In this document: positions 63,690 through 64,000 of the stretch, one piece after another
Layout of the letters: every line of letters begins with the position of its first letter
Position numbering within the stretch: the stretch's first letter is position 1
NCBI GenBank assembly: GCA_043228905.1
Contig: JBHGNT010000005.1
Span: 4,278,001 to 4,342,000 of the forward strand
DNA from: Azolla caroliniana
Taxonomy: Eukaryota > Plantae > Polypodiophyta
Length of the DNA: 64,000 bases
Direction: 5' to 3'
Translations under genes and position numbers: made by a program
The notes under the pieces: generated by a model
Seen by the model: only the letters and a program-made list of their open reading frames with translations
Database searches by the model: none
What the model was told of the DNA's origin: nothing

Positions 63690-64000
63690 TGCAGTCTGAC
63701 TATAATGTGAAGTCAGCACTATGTAAGAAGAAAATTACTAAATCGAAAATCACATTTTCTGATGTTAAAGCGCAATCACCACATTGTAAAGAAGAAAGTT
63801 CTGCGTGAACAATCACTGTATGATAAAATATGTTCATGTGTCTAATCGCCACATTGTAAGAAGAAAAGTACTATCATAATTCATATTTTATGATTACATA
63901 TGTAGAAAACTCTTATGTCAAAAAACCATATTGCATGATGATATGTTCATCTGTATAATTACGCATGGTAAGAAGACAAGTACCAAGTCAAAATCACATC
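63690..64000. repeat. Degenerate intronic tandem repeat (CATTGTAAGAAGAAAAGTACTA...ATCACATTTT..TGAT)
   Basis: The motif recurs at ~63720, 63781, 63851 and 63965. Confidence 0.55.

Overview
Eukaryotic, AT-rich land-plant nuclear DNA. It is most consistent with a fern or other seed-free vascular plant: it has a PLS-type PPR relic, a divergent DELLA, long TE-filled introns and abundant CT/GA microsatellites. This taxon call is an inference. Five protein-coding genes can be reconstructed by hand with in-frame GT-AG splice sites: an intronless DELLA-type GRAS gene (+, 18494-21034), an intronless At1g75140-like membrane protein (+, 27015-29540), a 5-exon AIP2-like RING-H2 E3 ligase (-, 35706-40375), an 8-exon MHX Mg2+/H+ exchanger (-, 42727-54160) and the last 12 exons of FANCI (-, 57463 to beyond the window end). 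Mobile DNA includes three related hAT-type non-autonomous elements (two with exact 8-bp TSDs), a decayed L1 LINE and two fragments of a different, RTEX/L2-like LINE in one MHX intron, tRNA-derived SINE-like heads, a PPR pseudogene fragment and many tandem arrays. The most unusual object is the DELLA gene. Its GA-sensing domain is divergent (DMLLA/IEHLE/SVLYDP). That domain is flanked by telomere-like (AACCCT)n coding repeats on one side and oppositely oriented telo-boxes (TAGGGTTT, encoding KLGF) on the other. A 22-bp array, a candidate uORF and GA repeats lie upstream. No CRISPR, rRNA or intact tRNA was found. All family assignments come from recalled motifs, not from database searches.
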